Of a DNA stretch of 19,859 nucleotides, positions 8,105 to 17,296 are shown piece by piece. The notes under the pieces were generated by a model. That model was given only the letters and a program-made list of their open reading frames with translations, was not told the origin of the DNA and did not search any database. Origin of the DNA: Tubiluchus corallicola (taxonomy: Eukaryota; Animalia; Priapulida); the NCBI GenBank assembly GCA_030141605.1, contig JAQGDQ010002401.1:1-19859 (forward strand), given 5' to 3'. Positions within the stretch are counted from its first letter, which is position 1. Each line of letters opens with the position of its first letter. A program made the translations under genes and the position numbers.

Positions 8105-9268
8105 ATGTTTAAGAAAATCGGAACTATCTGCTTCAATCTGTTTGTACTACTCAGCCTCGTTTTAGCCTTTTGGCTCGGAAGCAACAGCCTCACACAATCC
8201 TTGGAAGAGCTTGCATTTCAAAAAAAGGGTAGAGGGTGGGAATTTCACAAGGTGGCAACAGATACTTACGTGTCATACCTTGGAGATGAGCGCGATTATT
8301 TGAGTGTAACATCTTCTCCCGGGTACGGCGGTTTGCTGTATATTTATAGCTCCATCGGTCCAGAAGGCGACTTTTTGGACGTGGACATACTGATATCCTC
8401 AGAAACCCCGTCTTACCTAAAAAATGTACTCAAGGTTGGATTTTTAGACAGATTTGTCGGAAAAAATATAAGCTATTCTTTTGACGGAATAGATGCCGTG
8501 TCAGGAGCTACAGTAACCAGCGATGCCATAAAGAGAGCTTTGACAAAAGGTGCAAATAACGTCGGAAGCGAGTTCTTTGGCTTGGCAAAATCGGTTGATG
8601 ACAGCTTTTTCATAAAGTTTACTCTTTTGGATCTGTGGGTACTTCTTTTCTGCATAGTAAGCTTCGTGGCTGTGGCTTCCCCGCTGAAACCTAAGCATAA
8701 AAAGATATTGAGATACTCGATCCTGCTCCTTTCCATAATCACATTGGGTTTCATGTGGAAGGTGTTCTTTAACTTAGGCACCATAATTTATATTCTATCA
8801 GGAGGCTGGATGCACGGTATTGCCTATCTGGCTCCATTAATTTTTCTTTTATTCTCAGTGCTTGCCGTCCTGATCCTCAACAAAAATGTTTACTGTTTTT
8901 ATATATGCCCATTTGGCGGAGTTCAGGAATTTGTGGGAAAAGTGGGCGGTAGTAAGGGATATCAGCTGAATAGCAATAAAGTGTTTGTCATACTGCCCAG
9001 ACTTGCCCTGTGGGGGGGCTTGGTTGTGGGGCTCTACTATAGGGTTCCCATAGCTTATGAGCCCTTCGGATATTTCTTTGGATTTGTGGGCAATATCCTG
9101 CTACTCGTCATGACAATAGTGATATTATTGACATCTATCATCCTGACAAGACCGTACTGTTTTAGCTTCTGCCCAATAATGCACATACTAAGCTTTGTAA
9201 GCTTCATGAAAAAACAGATCATTTCAACGGCAACACATGCTAAAGCAAGGAGAGGAGAAGATTCGTAA
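8105..9268 (+). CDS. rdhC: RdhC/PceC-like (NosR/NirI family) membrane flavoprotein with FMN-binding domain and two CX3CP motifs
   Basis: N-terminal TM, then an extracytoplasmic FMN-binding domain (GYGG, ETP.Y, DAVSGATVTS flavinylation motif), then multiple TMs with YCFYICPFG and RPYCFSFCP. Confidence 0.87.
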   Translation: MFKKIGTICFNLFVLLSLVLAFWLGSNSLTQSLEELAFQKKGRGWEFHKVATDTYVSYLGDERDYLSVTSSPGYGGLLYIYSSIGPEGDFLDVDILISSETPSYLKNVLKVGFLDRFVGKNISYSFDGIDAVSGATVTSDAIKRALTKGANNVGSEFFGLAKSVDDSFFIKFTLLDLWVLLFCIVSFVAVASPLKPKHKKILRYSILLLSIITLGFMWKVFFNLGTIIYILSGGWMHGIAYLAPLIFLLFSVLAVLILNKNVYCFYICPFGGVQEFVGKVGGSKGYQLNSNKVFVILPRLALWGGLVVGLYYRVPIAYEPFGYFFGFVGNILLLVMTIVILLTSIILTRPYCFSFCPIMHILSFVSFMKKQIISTATHAKARRGEDS

Positions 9269-9485
9269 AATCAGCTCTACAATATTTTTTATCGCGTTTT
9301 TGGTCTTGATAATTGCCAACGTATACACATCCTTTGCAGACTCAGAAAAAGAGTTGCAAAAAAGAGTAAATGCGCTATCGGAAATCCAAACATCAAGCAG
9401 TGATGCCGATGATAGCATTTACAGAGCAACGGATGACGACATCCGCGACCTCATCGAGGCTATTCAAAAAAATGAAGGTGAGTGA
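9237..9485 (+). CDS. Small hypothetical protein with N-terminal TM/signal and acidic helical tail, last gene of the rdh cluster
   Basis: Overlaps the rdhC stop. Hydrophobic stretch TIFFIAFLVLIIANVY is followed by a charged amphipathic region. The start may be ATG 9237 or ATT 9261, which lies 8 nt after AGGAG. Confidence 0.62.
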   Translation: MLKQGEEKIRKISSTIFFIAFLVLIIANVYTSFADSEKELQKRVNALSEIQTSSSDADDSIYRATDDDIRDLIEAIQKNEGE

Positions 9486-9538
9486 TATCGCCAAAACAGA
9501 CGGTGGGATTGTGTGTCTGAGCAATGAAAATCTGACTT

Positions 9539-9991
9539 TTATCTCTTGATGAAGCCTGTGTAGTTTGTCTCTTGCCAACCGTTATTTTTATAAAATTTCA
9601 GTGTAGCCTCATTTCTGCGATCTGCTTGCAGTTGCAACCTTGTGTAGTTGCCCTCTTTTTTCACATTCTCCACATAGTCAAACATCAATTTCCCGATACC
9701 CATACCGCGATATTTTTCCGAAACAACAGTATCCTCTATCAGCAAAATGTAAGCAGCATCGAGGGTTGATATATGCTTTTGGCAATTCATCATCCCCACA
9801 ACATCCCCATCTAGCTCGGCAACTATGAAAAAGCAACCGGGTTCGGATAAAACCATCTCCATTCCCAGTTTCAATTTGTCCACACTATAGTCAAGGATAC
9901 CCTCTACAAATAGAAGCTCCGAGAGCAGGAATACCATGCTATCTATATCCTGTGCTGTGGCGTACCTGATATTAATGCTTTTCAGATCCAT
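9539..9991 (-). CDS. GNAT family N-acetyltransferase
   Basis: IRYAT..D, VAELDG.VVG, IED.VV...YRGMGIG (acetyl-CoA motif A) and N..A(T)LKFY..NGW. It abuts the malY/patB stop (TGA-ATG). Confidence 0.9.
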   Translation of the reverse strand: MDLKSINIRYATAQDIDSMVFLLSELLFVEGILDYSVDKLKLGMEMVLSEPGCFFIVAELDGDVVGMMNCQKHISTLDAAYILLIEDTVVSEKYRGMGIGKLMFDYVENVKKEGNYTRLQLQADRRNEATLKFYKNNGWQETNYTGFIKR

Positions 9992-11164
9992 TCATCGCCC
10001 ACAAGTAAAAAATGCCTTGATTGTGTCAAAAACCTCTTCCATAACAGATCTAGGCGTAGCAAAATTTATCCGAACAAAGCCCGCCCCCTCTATACCGAAA
10101 ACTGTACCGAAGTCCGGCGCTATCTTGATTTTATTCACAAAAAGGTCTACCAATCCATCCTGGGACAACCCAAGTGGTCTCATGTCTACCCACAACAAAA
10201 ATGTAGCTTCAGGCTCCATTACCGGAAATTGCGGCAACTCACGACGAAACCTCTCCACAAGGTAGTCTCTATTCCCTTTGAGATACAACATTAACTGAGT
10301 ATGATAATCATCTCCTTCGGAGTAGGCTGCTTTAACGGCGGTAATTCCCGCCAAATTATATTCTTGGGCATGGTGTTTTTCCAGCGCTTCTGTATAGCTA
10401 TTTCTCAACTTTTCATCCGATATAATTACCGCAGAGGTCTTGAAGCCTGCAATATTAAATGTTTTGCTGGGAGATACAATCAAGATGCAATTTTTATTAA
10501 ACGCTTCATTCACCGATAAAAATATATGGTGCTTATTTGGCTCGTACACGAGGTCACAGTGAATTTCATCAGATATAATAATAACATCATTCTTAAGACA
10601 CAACTCACCCACTCGAGACAACTCATCCAAGCTCCATACCATCCCGCCAGGGTTGTGAGGGCTGCACAGAAGCAAGACCTTTGCGTCTTTTAGCCTCTTC
10701 TCCAAATCATCAAAATCTATCCTGTATTGTCCACTCTCCTCTATTAATGGGGATACAGACATTTCACAATCGTTGCTGTCAACTACGGCATAAAACTGAT
10801 GATACACAGGAGACATAAAGACAACTTTATCCCCAGGTTTTGTAAATGATCTCAACGCAATGGTCATACCTGAAACTATGCCCGGGGCAAATCGTATCCA
10901 CTCTTTATCGATGTCAAAACTATGCTTCCTCCGAAACCATCCGCATATAGCATCAAAATACTCCTCCGAAGGGGCGGAATATCCGAAAGCTCCACGTTCT
11001 GCCATATTCTTCAGAGCATCGATGACAGGATAAGGTGCAATAAAGTCCATATCTGCAATCCACAAAGGGTGCACCTTATCAGTACCAAACTTGTCCAGGT
11101 TGGTGTCCCATTTAACGCTGTGGCTGTTTTTTCTGTCAATAACTTTATCAAAATCGTATTTCAT
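9992..11164 (-). CDS. patB: MalY/PatB family PLP-dependent C-S lyase (cystathionine beta-lyase)
   Basis: MKYDFD..IDR, S.KW, PLWIADMDF, CSPHNPGG.VW, SDEIHCDL, SPSKTFNIAG (PLP lysine), PEATFLLW.D and GFVRINFA. The ATG at 11164 follows GGAG. Confidence 0.92.
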   Translation of the reverse strand: MKYDFDKVIDRKNSHSVKWDTNLDKFGTDKVHPLWIADMDFIAPYPVIDALKNMAERGAFGYSAPSEEYFDAICGWFRRKHSFDIDKEWIRFAPGIVSGMTIALRSFTKPGDKVVFMSPVYHQFYAVVDSNDCEMSVSPLIEESGQYRIDFDDLEKRLKDAKVLLLCSPHNPGGMVWSLDELSRVGELCLKNDVIIISDEIHCDLVYEPNKHHIFLSVNEAFNKNCILIVSPSKTFNIAGFKTSAVIISDEKLRNSYTEALEKHHAQEYNLAGITAVKAAYSEGDDYHTQLMLYLKGNRDYLVERFRRELPQFPVMEPEATFLLWVDMRPLGLSQDGLVDLFVNKIKIAPDFGTVFGIEGAGFVRINFATPRSVMEEVFDTIKAFFTCGR

Positions 11165-11323
11165 AAGCAAAAATATCTCTCCAGGGTAAACAATCTGCAG
11201 CGTCATGGTACATCATCCTGCAAAAAAAAACAATTATCACAAAAAAAATAGGGCTACACCGAAAAACGATGCAGCCCAAAAACATATACACCCACCGGCA
11301 ACGGTAGGTACAAAACACGCTAT

Positions 11324-11914
11324 TTATGTCAATTTTGTCGTAGTAACGCAAGTCCTGCTACTGTCATATGTCGTGATCAATTCTTCATTAGTCTTGTCGT
11401 CATATCTCACGTAAATATTAATCTCTCTGTCCCTTGGCAGCCACATATCAAAGAAACCACTACCCAACGTGGTGACGTCCCCGTCATAGTATACTGTACC
11501 ATCGACATCGATTGCTCTTAAATATATCTCTGTACCCTTAAGTTCTGCCGAACAACTGGACATGTAGTGAGTAAAGCATTCATGAGTGTAGGTAATGTAA
11601 GGGGCAATAGATACCATCACTTTGTCTTTAGGAAGAGGAACCATCACCTCTTTGCCACTCTTAAACTTAAAATGGACATTCTCCACTGTGATAAATGTAG
11701 TTACACTCTTGTCGACCGTGGATAGTTCGTTAGCAAACTCCAAGGCAGCAACGGCATCCATACCCTTCAATTGACTAATAATCTCATCTTCACCCACAGC
11801 GACATCCGCATCGGTGCCACTCACAACGAAAGCGTTGTACAACACAGCGCTTACAACGACAAGGGAGAATACTAAGGTAATCAAGCCCTTCTTTTTAGTA
11901 AAAAAAATGTTCAT
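11324..11914 (-). CDS. cueP: CueP family periplasmic copper/metal-binding protein
   Basis: SIAPY..THEC..H....C..EL, GFFD.WLPR and RTC.TT match the CueP His/Cys pattern. N-terminal signal/anchor present. AGGAGG precedes the ATG at 11914. Confidence 0.82.
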   Translation of the reverse strand: MNIFFTKKKGLITLVFSLVVVSAVLYNAFVVSGTDADVAVGEDEIISQLKGMDAVAALEFANELSTVDKSVTTFITVENVHFKFKSGKEVMVPLPKDKVMVSIAPYITYTHECFTHYMSSCSAELKGTEIYLRAIDVDGTVYYDGDVTTLGSGFFDMWLPRDREINIYVRYDDKTNEELITTYDSSRTCVTTTKLT

Positions 11915-12061
11915 AACGGTAAACCTCCTAAGTATGGCAATACAACGCAAACCAATCAACTCAAGTCCGAGACACAACACAAAGATCTAGACGACGTCAT
12001 CCCATCAATAGTTCAGAACCAAAAGACGGAGGATAACAACATCTTCATCGAATAAAAAAAA

Positions 12062-12934
12062 TTAAGGTTGCTCCTTACCAAGGTGTTTTTGCAAAAGCGT
12101 TGCTGCCAGCGCTAAAATCTGTCTATCATCCTCATTGATGTAATCTTTATCCTCGTATGATTCAAGCAAAACTATCATCCGTTCTACATACTCGCTATCC
12201 ATAAGAGTATTTTCTATTTTTTCTTTAAGGGAATGGTCCTCTGTCTTTACGTATAGAGACAGCATTGTCCTGAGGAGATTTTGCCTATGCCCGTCATCTG
12301 TCGTCAATTTAAATGACTCAATCAACCAATAGTATGACTGCTCATCCTCTCCAAGCTTTTGCAGCTCTATTGCAGGGATATCGACAAGCCACTTTGGGCC
12401 ACCGTATTTTAGGGCAACGTCCGCGGCCATGGCGATGTACTCTTTTTGCAGTTCTTCATCCTCTTTACTCTTCGCAATCCGGTGCAACCCGTAGGGGATT
12501 TCCCAATTTTCTGGGAAGAGTTCAAGACCGGTCAACAAAAAATCGCGCATAATATCCAAATGATTAGGATTTTTGGTGCCGGACCAATAAAATATTAGAT
12601 GAGTATACGGTTGTATGTTCTTGTCATCCATCAACACAACACTGTCCAAAGCAGAGACAAGCCCCTTCATATCGGTATTTGATATATTAAAGTTGCTATC
12701 ATTGAGAAAAGCATACAGGAGAAGGACTCTAGATACCAAGCCGTACTGACCAAAGCTCACGAGCTTATAGACGTAAGGATCATAGACAACGAACGGCTTC
12801 ACAGACCATTTATAGTAAAACCTGTCCGATAGAGCATAAGTACTCATAAAAATGTGCACGACAAACAACAAAACGGCAACCGCACCTACAACAACATTAC
12901 TCTTTCGAAATACATCTGTACTATTCTTTGTCAT
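12062..12934 (-). CDS. Hypothetical membrane-anchored helical-repeat protein resembling the type IV pilus accessory XapA/PilG (deltaproteobacterial) family
   Basis: N-terminal TM followed by KLVSFG...L, LD.V..MD....PY, L..GL..FP.NWEIPY and A.....GP.WL..I. This pattern recalls TPR-like pilus accessory proteins but is divergent. Confidence 0.5.
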   Translation of the reverse strand: MTKNSTDVFRKSNVVVGAVAVLLFVVHIFMSTYALSDRFYYKWSVKPFVVYDPYVYKLVSFGQYGLVSRVLLLYAFLNDSNFNISNTDMKGLVSALDSVVLMDDKNIQPYTHLIFYWSGTKNPNHLDIMRDFLLTGLELFPENWEIPYGLHRIAKSKEDEELQKEYIAMAADVALKYGGPKWLVDIPAIELQKLGEDEQSYYWLIESFKLTTDDGHRQNLLRTMLSLYVKTEDHSLKEKIENTLMDSEYVERMIVLLESYEDKDYINEDDRQILALAATLLQKHLGKEQP

Positions 12935-12952
12935 AAACCCACCTTCACACAA

Positions 12953-12980
12953 ATCCTATACCACGAACATATTATGTCAA
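12953..12980 (-). promoter_or_regulatory. Sigma-70-type promoter for the 12062-12934 gene
   Basis: Minus strand TTGACA-16 nt-TAGGAT, overlapping TGgTATAGG. Confidence 0.5.
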
Positions 12981-13003
12981 CTTTTTTCTCAAACATTGCA
13001 AAT

Positions 13004-13028
13004 GGGTGCCCCCCCAGTCAAAGCACCC
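13004..13028 (-). terminator. Probable intrinsic terminator after the M15 peptidase gene
   Basis: On the minus strand the GGGTGC(TTT)..(GGG)GCACCC stem is extendable by G-U pairs and followed by ATTTG. Confidence 0.5.
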
Positions 13029-13078
13029 TTTCGATCATTCGACAACGCTAAAGATAAGCAAGATACTTTTGTTTATCT

Positions 13079-13933
13079 CTAACGAGAGAGCAATATCAAC
13101 TCCGGTCGATATTCAAAATGCATATTATCGTACAATCTCCACTTGCCGCCCCAGATGAATCCATACCTCTCAAACGCATCGACAACCTTTTTAGGTACCA
13201 TCCATCTATCTTCGTATGGAGCTTTGTACCATTCTTCTCCACCCTTTTCCAGTGTCCACATCCAGTAGACATTTCTCTTGTCCATTTCAGCCGGCGTAAT
13301 ATCTATGGCAAAACCATAACTATGGTAGCTTTTCATCCCGGAATGGGCAATATTTCTCCAGCTATAACCCCAAATATTGTCTATCTCTTGTACAAACTTC
13401 TTTACACCATCATCAGTGCGTGCCGCAGATCTGATATCATTCTCAACCATCTTTAGCGGCAATTGAAGCATTTTATTCACGCGAACTTCGATACCCAAAA
13501 ATTTAACGTAGATGAGATTAGCTTCTAACTCTTCCTTGGTGGAAGCGCCATAGAGGGCATTCGTAAAGCCCCCGTGCTGACTTTTTGCCTTTGAGGATGG
13601 TTTTTTATAAACCTTGCCGTACCTACTCAAAGTGGAAAGATCCTTTGATGGAACAGGCCCCTCGGTATCGAGACTCCTGCGATAAGTGTAGTATATATAG
13701 GACTTGTAGCTGGCGTAATTCTCTCTCTTTTCCAGAGGAAGGATCCTGCCGTGAGACCAATAAAACCAATCTCCACGCACACTAATGGCCCAATCGCCAT
13801 CTTTATACTTCACCTCATCAACCACGGTATAGTATGCCCTCTTGTACGCGCTCAACACCCTCTTGGCTTCATCCGCATAGCTGAACGTGCTACATAGAAA
13901 TACCAAATAAACAATAAATACTACAACCCTCAT
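13079..13933 (-). CDS. M15 family Zn metallopeptidase (D-alanyl-D-alanine carboxypeptidase-like), secreted
   Basis: Signal peptide ending SYA, GY.WR.IA, SYHSYGFAID (SxHxxGxAxD) and WGGKW..YD.MHFEYRPE. Confidence 0.9.
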   Translation of the reverse strand: MRVVVFIVYLVFLCSTFSYADEAKRVLSAYKRAYYTVVDEVKYKDGDWAISVRGDWFYWSHGRILPLEKRENYASYKSYIYYTYRRSLDTEGPVPSKDLSTLSRYGKVYKKPSSKAKSQHGGFTNALYGASTKEELEANLIYVKFLGIEVRVNKMLQLPLKMVENDIRSAARTDDGVKKFVQEIDNIWGYSWRNIAHSGMKSYHSYGFAIDITPAEMDKRNVYWMWTLEKGGEEWYKAPYEDRWMVPKKVVDAFERYGFIWGGKWRLYDNMHFEYRPELILLSR

Positions 13934-14020
13934 AGCACTCCAAAGCCAGCAAACTGTAGCTCAAAAAATTATCGACATTTCACGAGCTAAAAAAGCATTA
14001 AATCAACACTTAGCAGGTCT

Positions 14021-15922
14021 CTACACCTCTTCGGTATTAAAAGAGGTCGTCAAATCCCTCAATACTTCGCTCTGATTTTGCAGCGTCTGTATAGTTCTAT
14101 TCACTTCATGTATGGTTCTGTTGCTCTCTTCGATTCTCAAAGATATGCTTTGGGCGTTTTCGTTGATGTTTGCCAACGCCTCGGTCTGCTGCCCCACCGC
14201 AACAGATATCTCTGAACTTGTCCGAGTGATATCCTCAACAGCCTCCACAAGCTGTACAAACACTTCATCAATCTCCTGAACAGCACCCACACCATCATCA
14301 ACCTTTTCAACAGTCTGCCCCATATTGTAGCTGGCCTGTTTCGTCTCATTCTGAAATGAAGATATGATATCCGCAATCTCCTGTATAGCTTTTTGGGTAC
14401 GTTCTGCGAGTTTACGAACCTCATCAGACACAACCGCAAATCCCCTACCGTGCTCTCCAGCTCTAGCAGCTTCTATCGCAGCATTCAAAGCAAGCAGGTT
14501 GGTCTGATCAGCGATATCGTTGATTACGTTGAGTATGTTGCTAATCTTCTCAGAAGACTCGTTAACACTGTCAATGGTAGTGCTCAGATCAGACACCTTT
14601 TCACTTATCTGATTGATGTTTTCAATGGCGGCATTGACCTTCTCTTTACCGAAATCGGTTCTCTCATTTGCGACGCTTATGGTTTCTTTAACGTTGACCA
14701 AGGATTGGCTCACCTCTTCACTTGTCACGCTAATCTCTTCGGTAGCGCTTGCAACTCCCGCCATCTGCCCGGTCTGCTCGCTGAATGTTACGCTCAATTC
14801 TTCCGCCACAGCTGCAAGCTCGGAGTTACCTGTTGATACCCCTTCGGCAGAGTTTTGCAAAGAGATCATAACACTTGAGGACTTACCCATAAAGACCTCG
14901 ATAATATTGACGACAGAAGTTATTTCACAATTTGCATGAGACGCCCTAATATCCTCTTCGTTCATATTCACAAATTTCACCATTCTGGATGTAGCTTCTT
15001 GTAACACGCTGATCAGCTTCAACAACCCATAAGCTATAACGCCCACGAAAATCATCACAAGCACCACGCAGATGTTGATCACCCACAAGCTTCTAGCGCT
15101 ATTCTTCTTAATCTCACCCTCTAGGTAAGGTTCTGCCAAATTGAAGTAGTCTTCAAAAGCGACATCAAAACTGTGGGCCATATCATTAAAATCGCCCCTA
15201 AGACCGCTATTGCGCGTGAGGCCAACGTCATTACTCGTATCCTCGTAATCACCAAGCGTCATAAGGTATGTCAACACCCCCGTAAGCTCACTGATCTCGT
15301 CACTGCTCAACGTATACTCATTGAGCAAGGACTTCTTCAAGTCCGCAGCGGCATCCCTTGCAAAGTGAAGTTCTTCCTCTTCGTAGGTAATCAGATATGT
15401 CTTTACAAAGCTATCAAAAACGTAATAAGCAGTCACCGTCTCCACAGTCGCAGTATCAACTAATGACCTGTATAGGTGGTCGTCGTATTCATATATCTTG
15501 CCAAGCAATCCATCGTCAATTGAAAGTCCCCTCTCCTGCATTTTATCCAGCAGTTCACGAAAAAGCTGATCGAGATTATAGCTAACGGACTTGACCAGTT
15601 TAAGTTTATTAGAAAGCAACTCATAATCCAAACTCTCCAACTGAGTGATACGATCATTCATCTCAGACATATGTTCATCAAACTCTGGGACAAAAGACAA
15701 GTCAGAGTTCAATAAGAAAAGAACTCTCGCCTCCATAGCCTCTCTGTAATGATATTCCATCTCCTGTATCGCCCTAAAACTTTCCTGCAAATCACTAATC
15801 TTGTTATTCGCAACGATGGTGATTGTAAATGCAAGAACATACGCCAACACTACCAACCCGATAGTAACAGTGATTTTGCGCCTGATAGAGACCTTGCCGC
15901 TCGTGCCAAAACTTATATCCAT
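14021..15922 (-). CDS. Methyl-accepting chemotaxis protein
   Basis: Two TMs flank a large periplasmic helical domain with two GL....GL.G repeats (HBM-like). Signalling hairpin [39 protein letters not shown]. Confidence 0.96.
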   Translation of the reverse strand: MDISFGTSGKVSIRRKITVTIGLVVLAYVLAFTITIVANNKISDLQESFRAIQEMEYHYREAMEARVLFLLNSDLSFVPEFDEHMSEMNDRITQLESLDYELLSNKLKLVKSVSYNLDQLFRELLDKMQERGLSIDDGLLGKIYEYDDHLYRSLVDTATVETVTAYYVFDSFVKTYLITYEEEELHFARDAAADLKKSLLNEYTLSSDEISELTGVLTYLMTLGDYEDTSNDVGLTRNSGLRGDFNDMAHSFDVAFEDYFNLAEPYLEGEIKKNSARSLWVINICVVLVMIFVGVIAYGLLKLISVLQEATSRMVKFVNMNEEDIRASHANCEITSVVNIIEVFMGKSSSVMISLQNSAEGVSTGNSELAAVAEELSVTFSEQTGQMAGVASATEEISVTSEEVSQSLVNVKETISVANERTDFGKEKVNAAIENINQISEKVSDLSTTIDSVNESSEKISNILNVINDIADQTNLLALNAAIEAARAGEHGRGFAVVSDEVRKLAERTQKAIQEIADIISSFQNETKQASYNMGQTVEKVDDGVGAVQEIDEVFVQLVEAVEDITRTSSEISVAVGQQTEALANINENAQSISLRIEESNRTIHEVNRTIQTLQNQSEVLRDLTTSFNTEEV

Positions 15923-16267
15923 AACCAGTTACCCCTCAACAGTGTAGTTTACTGAAACCTAATAAACTATTTTACATTACTTATTCAAAAATCAACAACA
16001 CACACGACCACACAATCTATGCCTGCGTATCGCACCGTAACGTTTCATCTTAAATGAAAAATACTTGAAGTCAAATATAAAAAGTTTATTTTCGTTATGT
16101 GTACAATAGTTTTGAATAGCGTGTCACACAGGGCACTTTACAAAAAAAATCACACATGCCCCACACAAATGGATGTATGTTTGGGGAAATTTTGTGAAAA
16201 TTATTGCCCCGTATTGTATTTAGTTGTATTAGGCGGTTTTGCACAATTTTTTAGTAATGGTAGCGAC

Positions 16268-17296
16268 TTGAACGGTAACAATTCTAAAGGATCTTCAAAA
16301 AGGGGTAAGTTCTTTCCGGGCGTGTCCAAAAAGAACAATCTCGCGTCATCAGATATGGCCGCGACCAAGAAGAACGCTCCGAAGAGCAAGGATGTTCTGA
16401 AAGGCGGAAGCGCCGACAGTGGTGGTTTGCGTGATCCTGCATCTAAAACGGAACACACCCAAGATTTGAGAAAACCACAAACAAGAACTTTTAAAAAGAT
16501 GAAGAACATAAGCGCTAGCGCTTTGAAAAAGGGTGTATATCAAGAAAATACCAGTCATGACAATATTCCCAAGCAAAAGCCCGAGGATTTAAATAAAAGA
16601 GATAAAGCTTCAACCAGCTCAAATGGAGATGGGCACACAGCGGAGATAGTCACGCAACCAACGCAAAAAAAGACGCCACCTCCTGTCAGGAAGAAGCAGA
16701 AGAAATTCGTAAAAAAAACACAAGCAGCCAGCCCCAAAGCAGATACCGGTGCTCCTGGCACTCTCAGTGCAAGCGCACTGCACGACATGTTACTGCAACG
16801 CCAACCACCAACTCATACTCAAGGCACATCGGATACTGTATCCCATAACGCCCAAGCTGCACATACACAGAACATACAAGGCATGCAACCTGCACAAAAT
16901 CAGCACCCAACTCATACTCAAGGCACATCGGATACGATATCCCACAACGCCCAAGCTGCACATACACAGAACATACAAAGCGTGCAACCTGCACAAAATC
17001 AGCACCCAACTCATACTCAAGGCACATCAGATACGATATCCCACAACGCCCAAGCTGCACATACACAGAACATACAAAGCGTGCAACCTGCACAAAATCA
17101 GCACCCAACTCATACCCAAGGCACATCAGATACGATATCCCACAACGCCCAAGCTGCACATACACAGAACATACAAAGCGTGCAACCTGCACAAAATCAG
17201 CACTCAACACACATTCAGGGAGCGCCCAACGGACGAACAACCAGCCCAATCAAAGTATACAAGCTCCAAGTGAGCATAGTCATGCTCCGCCGTTGA
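16268..17296 (+). CDS. Low-complexity Lys-rich then Gln/His/Thr-rich repeat protein, probably the N-terminal part of the downstream HD-GYP gene (start uncertain)
   Basis: Long open frame (16097..17296), whose first ~55 codons are AT-rich and look non-coding. It contains 4 x 33-aa repeats. The composition continues in the HD-GYP frame after about 17220. Confidence 0.55.
   Translation: MNGNNSKGSSKRGKFFPGVSKKNNLASSDMAATKKNAPKSKDVLKGGSADSGGLRDPASKTEHTQDLRKPQTRTFKKMKNISASALKKGVYQENTSHDNIPKQKPEDLNKRDKASTSSNGDGHTAEIVTQPTQKKTPPPVRKKQKKFVKKTQAASPKADTGAPGTLSASALHDMLLQRQPPTHTQGTSDTVSHNAQAAHTQNIQGMQPAQNQHPTHTQGTSDTISHNAQAAHTQNIQSVQPAQNQHPTHTQGTSDTISHNAQAAHTQNIQSVQPAQNQHPTHTQGTSDTISHNAQAAHTQNIQSVQPAQNQHSTHIQGAPNGRTTSPIKVYKLQVSIVMLRR
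16808..17203 (+). repeat. Four near-identical 99-bp tandem repeats (33 aa: PTHTQGTSDTISHNAQAAHTQNIQSVQPAQNQH)
   Basis: Units start at 16808, 16907, 17006 and 17105. A degenerate partial fifth unit (STHIQG) runs to about 17221. Confidence 0.97.

Noticed and set aside
8105-9268. nosR of a nitrous oxide reductase operon
   Set aside because: Much shorter than NosR, lacks C-terminal ferredoxin motifs, and no nosZ is present; the context is rdhAB.
3480-9540. Genomic island integrated at tRNA-Arg carrying the rdh cluster
   Set aside because: No integrase or transposase is present and I found no duplicate of the tRNA 3' end in the window. An older or larger island cannot be excluded.
13968-14000. 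Sigma-28 promoter (GTCGATAA) upstream of the M15 peptidase
   Set aside because: No TAAA-like -35 at the required ~15-nt spacing.
16808-17203. Possible CRISPR array
   Set aside because: Units are contiguous 99-bp near-identical copies with no unique spacers, they are in frame in a coding region, and no cas genes are present.
16749-17273. Alternative-frame and antisense ORFs across the repeat
   Set aside because: They are open only because the repeated unit lacks stops in those frames.
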